Of a DNA stretch of 64,000 bases, positions 50,209-61,335 are shown one piece after another; the first letter of the stretch is position 1; each line of letters begins with the position of its first letter. Below the pieces are notes generated by a model. That model was not told the DNA's origin, made no database searches, and worked only from the letters and a program-made list of their open reading frames with translations. The stretch is taken from contig JBHGNT010000001.1 in the NCBI GenBank assembly GCA_043228905.1, forward strand, positions 1,612,001-1,676,000. The letters run 5' to 3'. The DNA comes from Azolla caroliniana (Eukaryota; Plantae; Polypodiophyta). The position numbers and the translations under genes were made by a program.

Positions 50209-53200
50209 CAAACGTATGAAACGCTCATTTGTTCTTCTTCTTTTCTTTTGTCTGTGTGTGTGTTGTGTGTATGTGTTTGGTCTTGTGCATTAAGGGTTTT
50301 TTGTCATGGACAAAGAAGTATGGTTTTCCATGGAAAGCACCAATTAATTCATTTATAACTAGACAAAATCTTATATACACTAGGATACTCTCAAACTCTT
50401 CTTCTTTGCTTCATTTTAACACTCTCCCTCATTGAGAGGCTGGTCACACTCCCTATACAACAATAAAAGAAAGATAACAACATAGTTATATTTCGATGTT
50501 TGTTTGTCATCACCATGGCTAACTCACATCGTCGTCATAGTTCCTCTCTTTGTATCATTGATAATACCTCTCTTATAATTCATTCATTTCTTGGCCCCAA
50601 ATCATTGTATAGATAAGTATGGCTCATATAACTTTGTTAATGTTCGGATTAGATTTGGTTGGATCGTGATCCCTTACCTTGCAATTAGTCTAATATGATG
50701 AATGTCTCATTACATAGTGTTTTTCCTTGTATGGAGTTTGGCATTGATCGTTTCACTTAGTGCTCCATTCTACATTATCATGTATGTTTACAATATAAAT
50801 GAATGGCTGGAAAATGCACAATGAAATCATTCATATTGATTGTTATAATGTGACAAAATCTCATCACTACACATATACATTACCTACACACATTTTCCAA
50901 TGTTCGGAAGATGAGTCAAAATGTGCACTAATAATACAATTGAGCTGTGTAAAAGACGAAAGTAGCTCACCCACTTGAATTATGGGAGTTGTGTCACTAT
51001 ATATATATATATTAACCAATTGAAATTTGAGAGTGACATTTGATGATTGAGCTTCAAAACATACAAGTGTTGGGACAATGGTCCATGGTGCTTAAGGTAG
51101 TGCTTATGCATATCATTACATTAAGTAGATCACAATCATTTCCCATGAGTAACATTATGTATATTTTCTCCCATATATTTTTTGTTGTATTGTTCAACGT
51201 TATGAACTTATAATCCATGCAAGAAACTACATGCTTAGAACCTAGGTGTCTCCCTATATAGAGCTCAAGGGTACCAATTTCTGCAAGAGAGGGCCCAACA
51301 TACCTAGCTAGGTGTGGCACCTAATTCCCTTGTATTTCAAGACATTTTCCGATATGTGAGGGGTCTAGCTTTGGATATGTGTGTTTATCTATTGTATCTA
51401 CCATGATGGGGTTCCAAGGGAGGCCTCATACAAAGCTGGTATGGTCTACCTAGAGTAATTATAAAACCTCAAATACGAGGTCTTTAATGCCCACAAAATT
51501 AGCAGAAAATATAGTGGGAGAATGTGTGCGCTAGTTAGTTAGTAGTTAGTTATTAGTATTGAGTTTCCTCATGTGAAGAATGTGCCTCATTTTAACAAAC
51601 AAGATCTTAGATGAGCATTGAGGATCCCAAAGCTTGAAGAAGGCTGATGATGAAAACGAAGAGAGATTTTGATGTAAGGAGGCATCTTTGGGTAATGTGT
51701 ATATGTTGGGTTCTAATCATTGGTTCCATTGTTGTGTGCGTGTTCACACTAGCAAGAGCTACAATTCATTGGGATTCAATGTAGACTTAAGAGTCCTGTC
51801 ACATTCATATATCATAAAAAATTTAAAAAGTCTGACATCGTGATAAGAAATGTTGGGCATTGACCCGACAAAAGTTGATAATTTGTATACCCATTGTTTT
51901 GGTAAAGTTAGAGATTTAACCCTCAATACACACAAAACTATTTAACTTTTAACTACCAAACCAACCATGTAATAATTGTATGTGCAGTAAAGCAACAACA
52001 TAACTTATTATTATAGTGATAAAGGATTGATGACACCATGATTAGTGGTGTATAAATAAACATATAAACATATACCCATCTATCATATTTGCAAAACATT
52101 AAGACAATTATTAATACATTATCGTTTTGGATATTAACACGATTATAATGACTAGGAATTCATCATTATCATATTACAATAAGAAATGATAGAATGATTA
52201 CCCATTATATCCAAGATATAAAACAATATAGTGGTGAGATGAATATTTTTCGTGAAGTTTAAGACACATTGACAGGAATTTGTATCCAAAATTATCAAAA
52301 GTGTCAAAGTAAGAGGTATTTAAGTATCCACAAATGGTAGTATAAGATAAACATCCTTATCATAAATTTTCTTGATATTTATGGTCTAGGGTGTAGCAAG
52401 AACAACTAATTTGGAATAAATAATAAAACAAATATTTGGTATGAAAAGTTCACAAATGGTTAGATTTGTACTAACATTGTTGTTGGGTTGTAAAGAAAAA
52501 GTGAAGCTTATCTTAAAAAAAGTCTTAACCCTTACACTTACCTTTTTACATCAACCTTAGCATGTTGTATTGCCCGAAAATTCCCCTCTTCATCAAATGA
52601 TTCCTAACTTAATAGTTTTTAACTTTTTTTATCATAGATTCGATCTGTAAGATGCTTCTGATACAAAACATAGGTGCCCCCATTAGCATCACTTTGTCGT
52701 ATTTGCATGCATGTGTTCGACATCAATACATATTGGGTGTGTCATCTTATCCATACAGTGCATGAGGTTACTCCCACAAGCTCCATAGCAAAATCCACGT
52801 CTACCATTGTTGTTATAACCCTTTTGGTGAAATATATATGAACCTTTCTTATGAATTGCATTGGCTCAAGAACTTATTCATGAGGATTCCACTTTGTTTG
52901 AGCGTGCATGCGTGTGCGCGCCTGTATGTAGGGTGCCTTGGGCATGTTACTCCACCTTTAGGGACTTGCATTTCACATCATCAAATTGTCACCTTTGGTA
53001 GGGATGCAATTCAGATTACTAATAACAATCAATTGAAACTCGATCCATGTTTTGTGATTTTAAGTCGAAATTTTCATTGAATAAATAAAATGTTATGAGA
53101 CTGAATTGATTTCCCATTACATTTATAGTATCATGAACATGAAAGAACAATAAAAAATTAACATGGTAAATTCATGGAAGTGAAGGAACTTAAATCTAGA

Positions 53201-55479
53201 TCATTTGTCTTGACTGAGACACCATACAAATTTTTTATTATGTTTGAATATAATATTACAGGATGAGAAATATAGGCACCCCACACTATACGAAAGAAGA
53301 ACTTGGCAACAATTAAAAGGGATACCATCCTTAAATAAACATGGTATCCACTAAAGAATAGGAAATACATGGGGTTTTATGATTTATATACAAATTTCTT
53401 AGATGTATATAAACATCAAAGGTCATAAATTAGTTGGATGATTAGTAAACAAAAGGATAGAGAAATTCAAATATCCCTTGCTATTTAGGCTAATTGTCAA
53501 CTCAATATCAAAGGGATTGGGCTTAATACTCCACAAATCATTCAAGTGACGAATAACAAGTTGGTATGTTCATTCAAAGGGGAATGCATTTTGATGCCTT
53601 TTGAACATGAATACTCAACTATGATTGAAAATCCATCTTGTACCATCCAATGGTACATGGTCACACTATTTTCATCTAATTGGATGTGTGGCTACATCAA
53701 CAATACAATTCTTGGAGTCTTGTAGACAAGGCAATCTTGAGGAAAGAGGATATTAATGTTATTGGTTATAACATGATTTTGATTAAGGTAGATCTTGGCT
53801 CTATCTAGTAGGGAAATTGTGCAACTACATGTTAATGTGACGGTTATTAAAAGGGCCCTCTCATACATAGAAGTTTCATATTATGATAAGCAAAAGACAA
53901 GACAAAGCTACTAAATTTAACCCTTGACCTAATAACAATGCTGGCACATGTCACATATACTTACAATCATGAAGTGGTTAAGCGTAAAACATGATGTAGA
54001 ACTTAGTCTTTGTTGAGGTGTAGAGATTGAAGTCTAGAAATGAAAAACTATATGAATAGGTTATTAACATATGACTTGAAATAATATATTGATACAAAGG
54101 GCTTAAGCTATTAGTTTATTTAAAAAAATAAGTGGTGGTATGTTCTAGGGGTTTTCTAGTACTAAGTGGTTTGTAAAAGATTGCTCAAACGCACATGATA
54201 AGAAGACTTTCTATATAGTTGACTCCCCAAGGGTACCGTCACTACCTAAAAAATATGCCAATGGTTGAGTTGAGGATGTCACCGCCTGTGATGTGTTGCA
54301 ATTATAAAGAGAAGTGGGATTTGTGCATAGAAGCATAATCAAAGCCGTAATCATAATGAAAACTTTGCCTTACAAAACTTTACATTTCTTTAATATGAGA
54401 TCATAAGTATTTAACAATATTTGCTTGCCACAAATTGAGTGAGGATTGAAGAACAGGTTTAGTATCTCTATAGAAAGCCCAACCAGATTGGACATTTTTA
54501 AATTGAAAACTAGTGAGATGCACTATTGAAATGTTTTAACATTCACAAATCTTACCAACTATGAATTTTACGCTTTGGAGTTGCATTCCAATATTTCGAT
54601 TGATAGATTCCATGATAATCTTGAAGTTTTCTCCCTGTTTGTTGGTTGTTTTCTTCTACTTTGGATGTATATATATTTGTTTCCTTAGCTCATTTAAATG
54701 AAGGATCCATGGCTAGCCATTGTCTTACACAAGATGGGCTTGGGAAGGATAGTTGCTTCCTTTCCATCTATTTTGTATGGTGTAGTTGATATACCTTTTT
54801 TTAAAACTAACAGAAGGATATATTGTTTTGAAAAAAAAAACTATGAACTTTAAGCATAATCATTATTGAATAATTTTTCTTACCATGTTTTTGCTTCAAT
54901 TAGATTGAGTTGTTATGTTTCCATTGGAAAACTATTTAAAAGTTTAGAAATGTTTGATGTCAAAAGATCTTGATTAAATTTTTAATATTCTTACATTTAT
55001 TTTCATAGAGTAATATTGCAATCCTAGGGTTGGTGGTGTGGAAAATTTTGAATTGACAACATGACCACCGCAATGGCAAATAAAAAAGTATTCTAGTCAA
55101 CTCTCTAATCATATAAGAAATCATCCTAACGAATGTTGTTTCATTTTTCAAATCCATCTTTACTTGGTTATACCCATTGAATCCATCAAAGAAAGTGTAC
55201 TTTCTTGGTTAGACAATTCATCTAGCAATGATTCTGTTCAATATGGGTAGGGTGAAGGAATGAGAATGTGCACATGATACTTGCCTTACTATTCGTCTTT
55301 TAAACTTTTTTTGGAACCACCACAATGGGAGACACTCATGTCCCTTGCACTTTCTAAGGCAATTACAATGAATCTTTGGATGCTTTAGTACACCTCTCTT
55401 TTTGTGGACCAAGGTCTAATATCGTGATTTTCAAGCACTTAAAAACTTGCTTGCACCACTTGTATGATAACGAGATTTG

Positions 55480-55770
55480 AACTAAGAGTTTCGTGTGTTT
55501 GTCGATGCATCTGATTCCGCCATCGGGTTCATGTCAATGCAACTATATGATCCGAAATTGTAACAACTTGTTTACTATGCTAGTTGTAAACTATCCAACA
55601 TAGAGCAAAATTACTCCATTAAAGAGAGGAAAACCATTGGAATGATCTATAGTGCCAAAGAGTTCCATCATGAACTCTTTGTGTTTAATTTGTCATTCCA
55701 CATGGACCATTATGTGCTGCTATACTTGATTGTAGAGTGGACGATGCTTCTCCAATATGTCTAATTTGCC
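55480..55770 (+). mobile_element. Ty3/gypsy RNase H relic
   Basis: EFRVFVDASDSAIG, then YYASCKLSNIEQNYSIKERKTIGMIYSAKEFHHELF...MDHYVLLYL. Confidence 0.75.
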
Positions 55771-56329
55771 ATATTACATTGGCCATGTTACATAACACAA
55801 CGTGATTTACTATCTCTCCCACTTGGCCCATTCACAGATACAATATGTAGCCAAACATACTAATAATTCTTCATTCATGAATCATGAATCATCACAATTT
55901 GCCTTCTGTCATCAAGAACAAAGAACACTTGAATTGTTTTACCATTCGGAACTATTGGAAGTCACCATCCATTAGTTTCACTGTTAGTAGTAAGTACCCA
56001 CATGAACTTACTCTTTGTAAGTTGTCGATGTTGGAGCATATGATATGATGGCCTCTAAGGTAGTGGATGATCTTAAATTCTAGAGTGTGAAGTTTGAAAG
56101 GCCATATTATAAAGTCAAATTTGTGAGATTGTGTAGTGTGAAATCCATTGTTAATGTGGATAGTCTTGGAATGGCACTTCTATAATGTATAATATGGGAT
56201 CTCCCCCACAAGTTGATCTCACGTAAATCAACACCAAGCATTTGACCTTCAATTTATTGTTATGCGTTCTTTGTCTCCTTGGTTTGCCTAAGGCTTGCTA
56301 TATTTGCCAATCATTTCTCTCTTATCTTG

Positions 56330-56640
56330 CTATGAGCAGTTGAAGAAGTAAGACCCACATTGTCAAATAATATAACTGCTTGGTGATCCAGATGAAACAT
56401 TACCTCATTGACCAAGAAGTAATGTCTACATTTTGGGATTGCATAAACAATGCCCAAGGCTTGACCCTTTTGATTACATTATAAATCCACATTTGTCTAG
56501 CATAACGGATAGGTATAAGTTTGAACCATCCTTTCCCGTTTTTTTTGAATTAACACAACTATGATTGGAATATCAAATGTGGCAACAAAGTTATGAAATG
56601 GGAGATCCCATTGAGGTGTTTAGATAATAAGAACTTCTAG
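56330..56640 (-). mobile_element. Second Ty3/gypsy RNase H relic, opposite orientation
   Basis: Minus-strand fragments WDLPFH, KLIPIRYARQM, LVNEVMFHLDHQAV. Confidence 0.55.
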
Positions 56641-58374
56641 TATCTTCTCCGTATAAACAAGGAATATCCTTCATTGTGATGCAAGAAAAGGGTATTTGAA
56701 TTTTTTGCAAGATATCTTAAATACTTGCCAAGTCTTTTCATTTGCCCACTAAATCTTTGGGCTTTTAGACTTTTAGGATAATCAGCTTCCATGACGTTAG
56801 TAACTCTGGTGAGCTTCAAATTATTTTATGGGAACTTGTAATTTGGTGTTGGATCCATTCATTATTGTTGTGGTAAAATACAAGAACCGAGTCACAACAA
56901 ATCCTTTAGCACAAAGATACTTTCAAACAGGTACTTAAACTGAAGCAAAAGATTTAGAACATACGCCGGGGTACTAGTACTAATGACAATCCCATTATGT
57001 GTAGTTTGCTGGTTCTCAGCCCTCCAAAGACAGCATAGCTCCTTACAATTGAATACAAAATCATCTTACGTCTAGTCTCAAGAGAAAGCTAGGGCTGAAT
57101 TAATGAGACCTTTCAGCTTCTTTTTACATAGTTATCCTAAGTAACATAATTTCAGCTTCCTTCTACAGTACATACCCAGAAAAGTGGTCAACACCAATCA
57201 CACCGCACGATTTTGTGGTTAAGAGTCCATACAACTAACCCAGACTCCACATTCCTATATCTCAAAACAAATATCTATTGCAAAAACAAAAGAATATCTG
57301 ATCTTATACTTCCTCGATGAGCAATACATTTTCCTATATTCACCATGCATTTGACATTTATTGACTTTGAAAAAAAATTGTATCATCTTCCGCAGTCTCA
57401 TCCTCCCTGATCACAAGGTAATAAGCTTCAATATTGCAAACACTTGTAGCTGGTCTTGCTTGATTTCCACAAAAAACCCTCGCTGGGAAAATGAGCATCC
57501 TTTTCTTGATAACTCAAAAAAAGAATAATTATGGTGTGAAGCTAGAGCTCTTTTTGTTCTCCTAACTTGGAGATTATCAGAAATACACTTGAGTCGTTAT
57601 GGGATCAAAAACTTTAAACTCAACATGAACATTGACTTTTATAAGCATCTCTTACAGATGCACACTAGGTCGCAATGTTTCAACATGAATTGAATCCATA
57701 ACCTTATCTTCTAGAATCTTTGCACAAACACCTAGCTCGGGTGCATTTCAAGAACCTGACTCTAGTACAAACCAAATCCAGCGACTTGTACAAATCCCAT
57801 ATATCCACCAATCCGGATCTAGAATGAACCCAAACTAAGTCAAATGTGTAAAAATGGAGAGAACCATAAGTCGTTTCTGTAAACAGGGATTCATTGGACC
57901 AATCCACCAGACACAGCAACACCTTTCACAGATGTAATGTTCCAACATAGGGAGTGAAGGAGTTTCATCTGTTTGGAGTAGCTAGCATTTCAAATGCACT
58001 TCAATTCTCTCTCAGATACAGGTTTCGTGTAAACCTTCAATATAAAGTTTGATTCAGATCCCAAACATGTCATATTCATGATTTGATGGAATGTTGTGTG
58101 AGCCTGTACAGAAGCACATTATCAAGCATTGCATTTTGTATTAAGTGTCCAGCAGCCTCTCATCTCAACTTCAGAGGAAAATACTTGACATTCATGAGCC
58201 ACACAAATCAATCGTAAATTTGTTCGAAAGTTTTCTATCATTCTCACATATCCAAGCCTAAGCATAAACATTTGATACTATCAAGACCTAGAAAAATCAA
58301 TCACTGCATAATTGGCACTTTTCTGACATAATCCCACATCAAAGAGCTTTGGCAAAAAATGCTCAATGTAATCA

Positions 58375-60192
58375 TTAACCACATGTTCTAAATTCTTGAA
58401 ATGTTTGAAGATCTTTGGCATCTTCCCACATCCCATCCTGCGCATAAATATTCGACATAATTGCAAAGGCACCATCGTAGTTTGCATCTAAACTCACTGC
58501 TTCATCGAATGCATATTTTCCAAGTTCCACATTCTTCCACGTTTGGCATGCCCTCAAGATCGCACTCCAAGAGAGGAGGTCAGCTTGGCAAGGGATATCT
58601 TCAAGCAATTCCATAGCCCTATTGAGATTTCCTGCACGAACAAGCATATCAATGATACAGTTGTGGTGCGCAATGGTTGGATTAAGACCATATTCAATGG
58701 TCATCAATTTCCAATAGCATCTGGCTTTATCAATGAGACCCAAATGGCTACAGGTATTAAAAACATTGAGAAAAGTTATCTCATCAGGATGCATTCCTTG
58801 CACCCTCAACAAATTGAACAAATTAAAAACCCAATCGCTCTCTCCTACCCTTGCATATCCTGCTATCATACAATTCCAAGTTACAAGATCTTTGATGGGC
58901 ATAGTATCAAATAAATCATGTGCATCCCTCATCTTTCCGTATCTAGTATACATATCAATCAACACATTATTCAAATCCGGCTCCATAGAAATGCCAATGT
59001 ATCTAAAGACTTGAGAATGCATCCGTTTTCCCATCTCTATGTTCATCATGTTTCCACATGCTTGAATCATGGTCATTAATGTTACATCATTGGGCAACGA
59101 GCCTTGCTCTAGCATTTGCCCAAAAAAACTTACTGCCTTGTCATAAAGCTCTTGTTCGATATGAACTAAGATCATAGAATTCCAAGAAATTATATCGGGC
59201 AAAACACCCTTGATTTGCATCTCTTCAAAAAGATGCAATGCTTCATTGATCAATCCACATCGAGCATAACCTGTAATCAATGAGGTCCATAAGACCACAT
59301 TATCATGTTTGGAGATCTTAGAAAACAAGGCATAAGCTTCGGCAAGATGAGCACATTTGGCATACAAATCTACCAACACATTCTCAACATAGGGGTTATC
59401 ATCATACCCTGCCTTGACGATCTCAGCATGAACATCCATGCCATCCTCTCGTGCTTCTAAACTTGCACAAGCTTTCAAGAAATTTACATAACTAATTGCA
59501 TTGGGAACAATATGGTCTAATCGCATCTTATTGAAACAAATCCGAATATCATTGACATATCCATATTCAGAATAACCAGAAATAAGGGCATTCCATGATA
59601 CTATGTTCCTGGAAAGGAGCTTATCAAAGATCGTTTCTGCTTCCACAAGTGACCCACATTTCACATACATATCCACCAAAGTGCTACCCACAAATACATT
59701 CTCTTCAATGCCTCTTGTGATGATATCAGCATGTGTTCTCTTACCCAAATCAATGCATTTCAACTTACCGCACGCTTTGAGAATGGCAACAAATGTATGG
59801 GCACTAGGGCATATCACCATGTCATCACCATCAACAACATCCTCATCACAAAAAAAAACACCTTTTTGCATGTGTTGGAACAATTTAACAGCAATCTGAG
59901 GTTCACCTTTGTCTACATAGCCTTGTATGAGAGAAGTCCAACCAAACTCATTGGGTTGGATGAGTCTATGGAAGGTCTGGTGAGCTAGGTCTAGGTTTCC
60001 ATACTCAACAAATAAAGGGACGAGGTAATTACCAATGTGTGGATGAGATTCAAGCCCGAGAGAGCATAAGTAGGTGTGATGGGATACGGCATGAGAGAGG
60101 GTACTCTGTTTCCTGCTCTGTTGCAAGATGCCTACCGCTTTCTCCACAGAAGGAAGCTCTTCACGATGCGCACAAGGCCAAGGTGGGTCCAT
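58375..60192 (-). CDS. PLS-class pentatricopeptide-repeat protein ending in E domains (no DYW), 605 aa
   Basis: Intronless ORF with P/L/S triplets (VFVGSTLVDMYVKCGSL, IVSWNALISGY, LVTWNCMIAGYARVG), P2-L2-S2 and E1/E2 (WSAILRACQTWKNVELGK...MSNIYA). The stop comes before any PG box or DYW domain. Confidence 0.93.
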   Translation of the reverse strand: MDPPWPCAHREELPSVEKAVGILQQSRKQSTLSHAVSHHTYLCSLGLESHPHIGNYLVPLFVEYGNLDLAHQTFHRLIQPNEFGWTSLIQGYVDKGEPQIAVKLFQHMQKGVFFCDEDVVDGDDMVICPSAHTFVAILKACGKLKCIDLGKRTHADIITRGIEENVFVGSTLVDMYVKCGSLVEAETIFDKLLSRNIVSWNALISGYSEYGYVNDIRICFNKMRLDHIVPNAISYVNFLKACASLEAREDGMDVHAEIVKAGYDDNPYVENVLVDLYAKCAHLAEAYALFSKISKHDNVVLWTSLITGYARCGLINEALHLFEEMQIKGVLPDIISWNSMILVHIEQELYDKAVSFFGQMLEQGSLPNDVTLMTMIQACGNMMNIEMGKRMHSQVFRYIGISMEPDLNNVLIDMYTRYGKMRDAHDLFDTMPIKDLVTWNCMIAGYARVGESDWVFNLFNLLRVQGMHPDEITFLNVFNTCSHLGLIDKARCYWKLMTIEYGLNPTIAHHNCIIDMLVRAGNLNRAMELLEDIPCQADLLSWSAILRACQTWKNVELGKYAFDEAVSLDANYDGAFAIMSNIYAQDGMWEDAKDLQTFQEFRTCG

Positions 60193-60831
60193 TACTAATA
60201 TAAGAAATTATGGTGCAGACACAACAAGATCTTCCATGATTTCTTCATTCAACCGAGGATTAGTCGTTCAGAAACAACAAGGCCTTCCAAGATATCCTCT
60301 TTCGAGTGAAGATTTGCCGTTCAGTAGATAATTGATATGGTATACAATTCCCATCCGTGGATAAGTAACTTTGGAAAATGCCCGTCCAAAACAATATGCC
60401 ATAATTGATATGGTATACACATAACGTGACATAACTATATAATTATTAATGACTCTAATCTACAATGTAGGCTCCTAGCTAGTTGCAACTAATCAAGATG
60501 TTTCTCATCATTTAGAAATCAATAGAACTTAAAAAAATATAGAATACGCTAAATTTCATGAGGCAATGCCCAGCTATTACAAGCATGAGAGGACATGCTA
60601 AATCAATGTGCTATTTGCCATCCCTTAATAATACGTTTGTTAATACATGCATTTCATACTAAATTTCCATGCTAAAGGTACTTAAATGAGAATTAATTGA
60701 TGACTTTTATTGATATTAAAGGCATTTCACATCATCGCCTACTTTTGGGTCCAATGTATAAAGGCCATGGAATGAAATTTTATGAATCATATGAAATGCA
60801 GAATGCTCGTGCAAAATGGGTCGAATAACAT

Positions 60832-61321
60832 TGTGGAAGTTGGCCATACCACCACTCTTGGTGTGGATGTTGAGTTGTGGCGATTGCCAATAGTTGTAAG
60901 CCCATACTACCAATATAGTGATACATCCTTGGTGTTTGAGGACTTGGTAAGTACAATAGTTCTTATATTCTTGGTGGGCTCACTGATTACCACTATAATG
61001 GTTGCCCCGATGACCAAGTGACTGTCGAATACGAGTGTATAATGGTCGTATTCACACTGTCCCTTTGGACAGCCCAAGTTCGGGCTATTTCTGTAAATAG
61101 CATAAAGGGCAATTGCCCTATTGCCCTAGGATAGTCACCATATAAAGTGACTTGGTAACCTTTAGTGAAGGTTAGTTGTCATTTGTAACTGTTGCTATTG
61201 GAATATAATGTTTCCTTTGTGCCTCTCTCTCCCTCTGTGTCTATCTTGCTCATGCATACACAGGTTCTTCTTCATCACAAATGTTGCTTATACTTCCGCA
61301 TTGATGGCCTTGTCCCCAACA
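60832..61321 (+). repeat. 5' LTR of the copia element (left edge uncertain: 60832 or 60868)
   Basis: Ends in ...ccccaaca two nt before the PBS. TATAAAG at 61141. Candidate TG starts at 60832 and 60868. Confidence 0.65.
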
Positions 61322-61323
61322 TT

Positions 61324-61335
61324 TGGTATCAGAGC
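61324..61335 (+). promoter_or_regulatory. Primer-binding site for initiator tRNA-Met
   Basis: TGGTATCAGAGC, the canonical plant tRNA-iMet PBS. Confidence 0.9.

Noticed and set aside
48005-50293. Many overlapping and antisense ORFs in the TCP gene
   Set aside because: Shadow frames of GC-rich triplet-repeat coding sequence.
53400-53760. Copia RNase H/PPT relic (similar hints at 21650-21920 and gypsy RT hints at 11650-12000)
   Set aside because: Motifs are too degraded to support by eye. A profile search would be needed.
57704-57922. Extra gene or DYW exon downstream of the PPR gene
   Set aside because: No HxE/CxxC or other recognisable motif, and the PPR ORF has already stopped at 58375.
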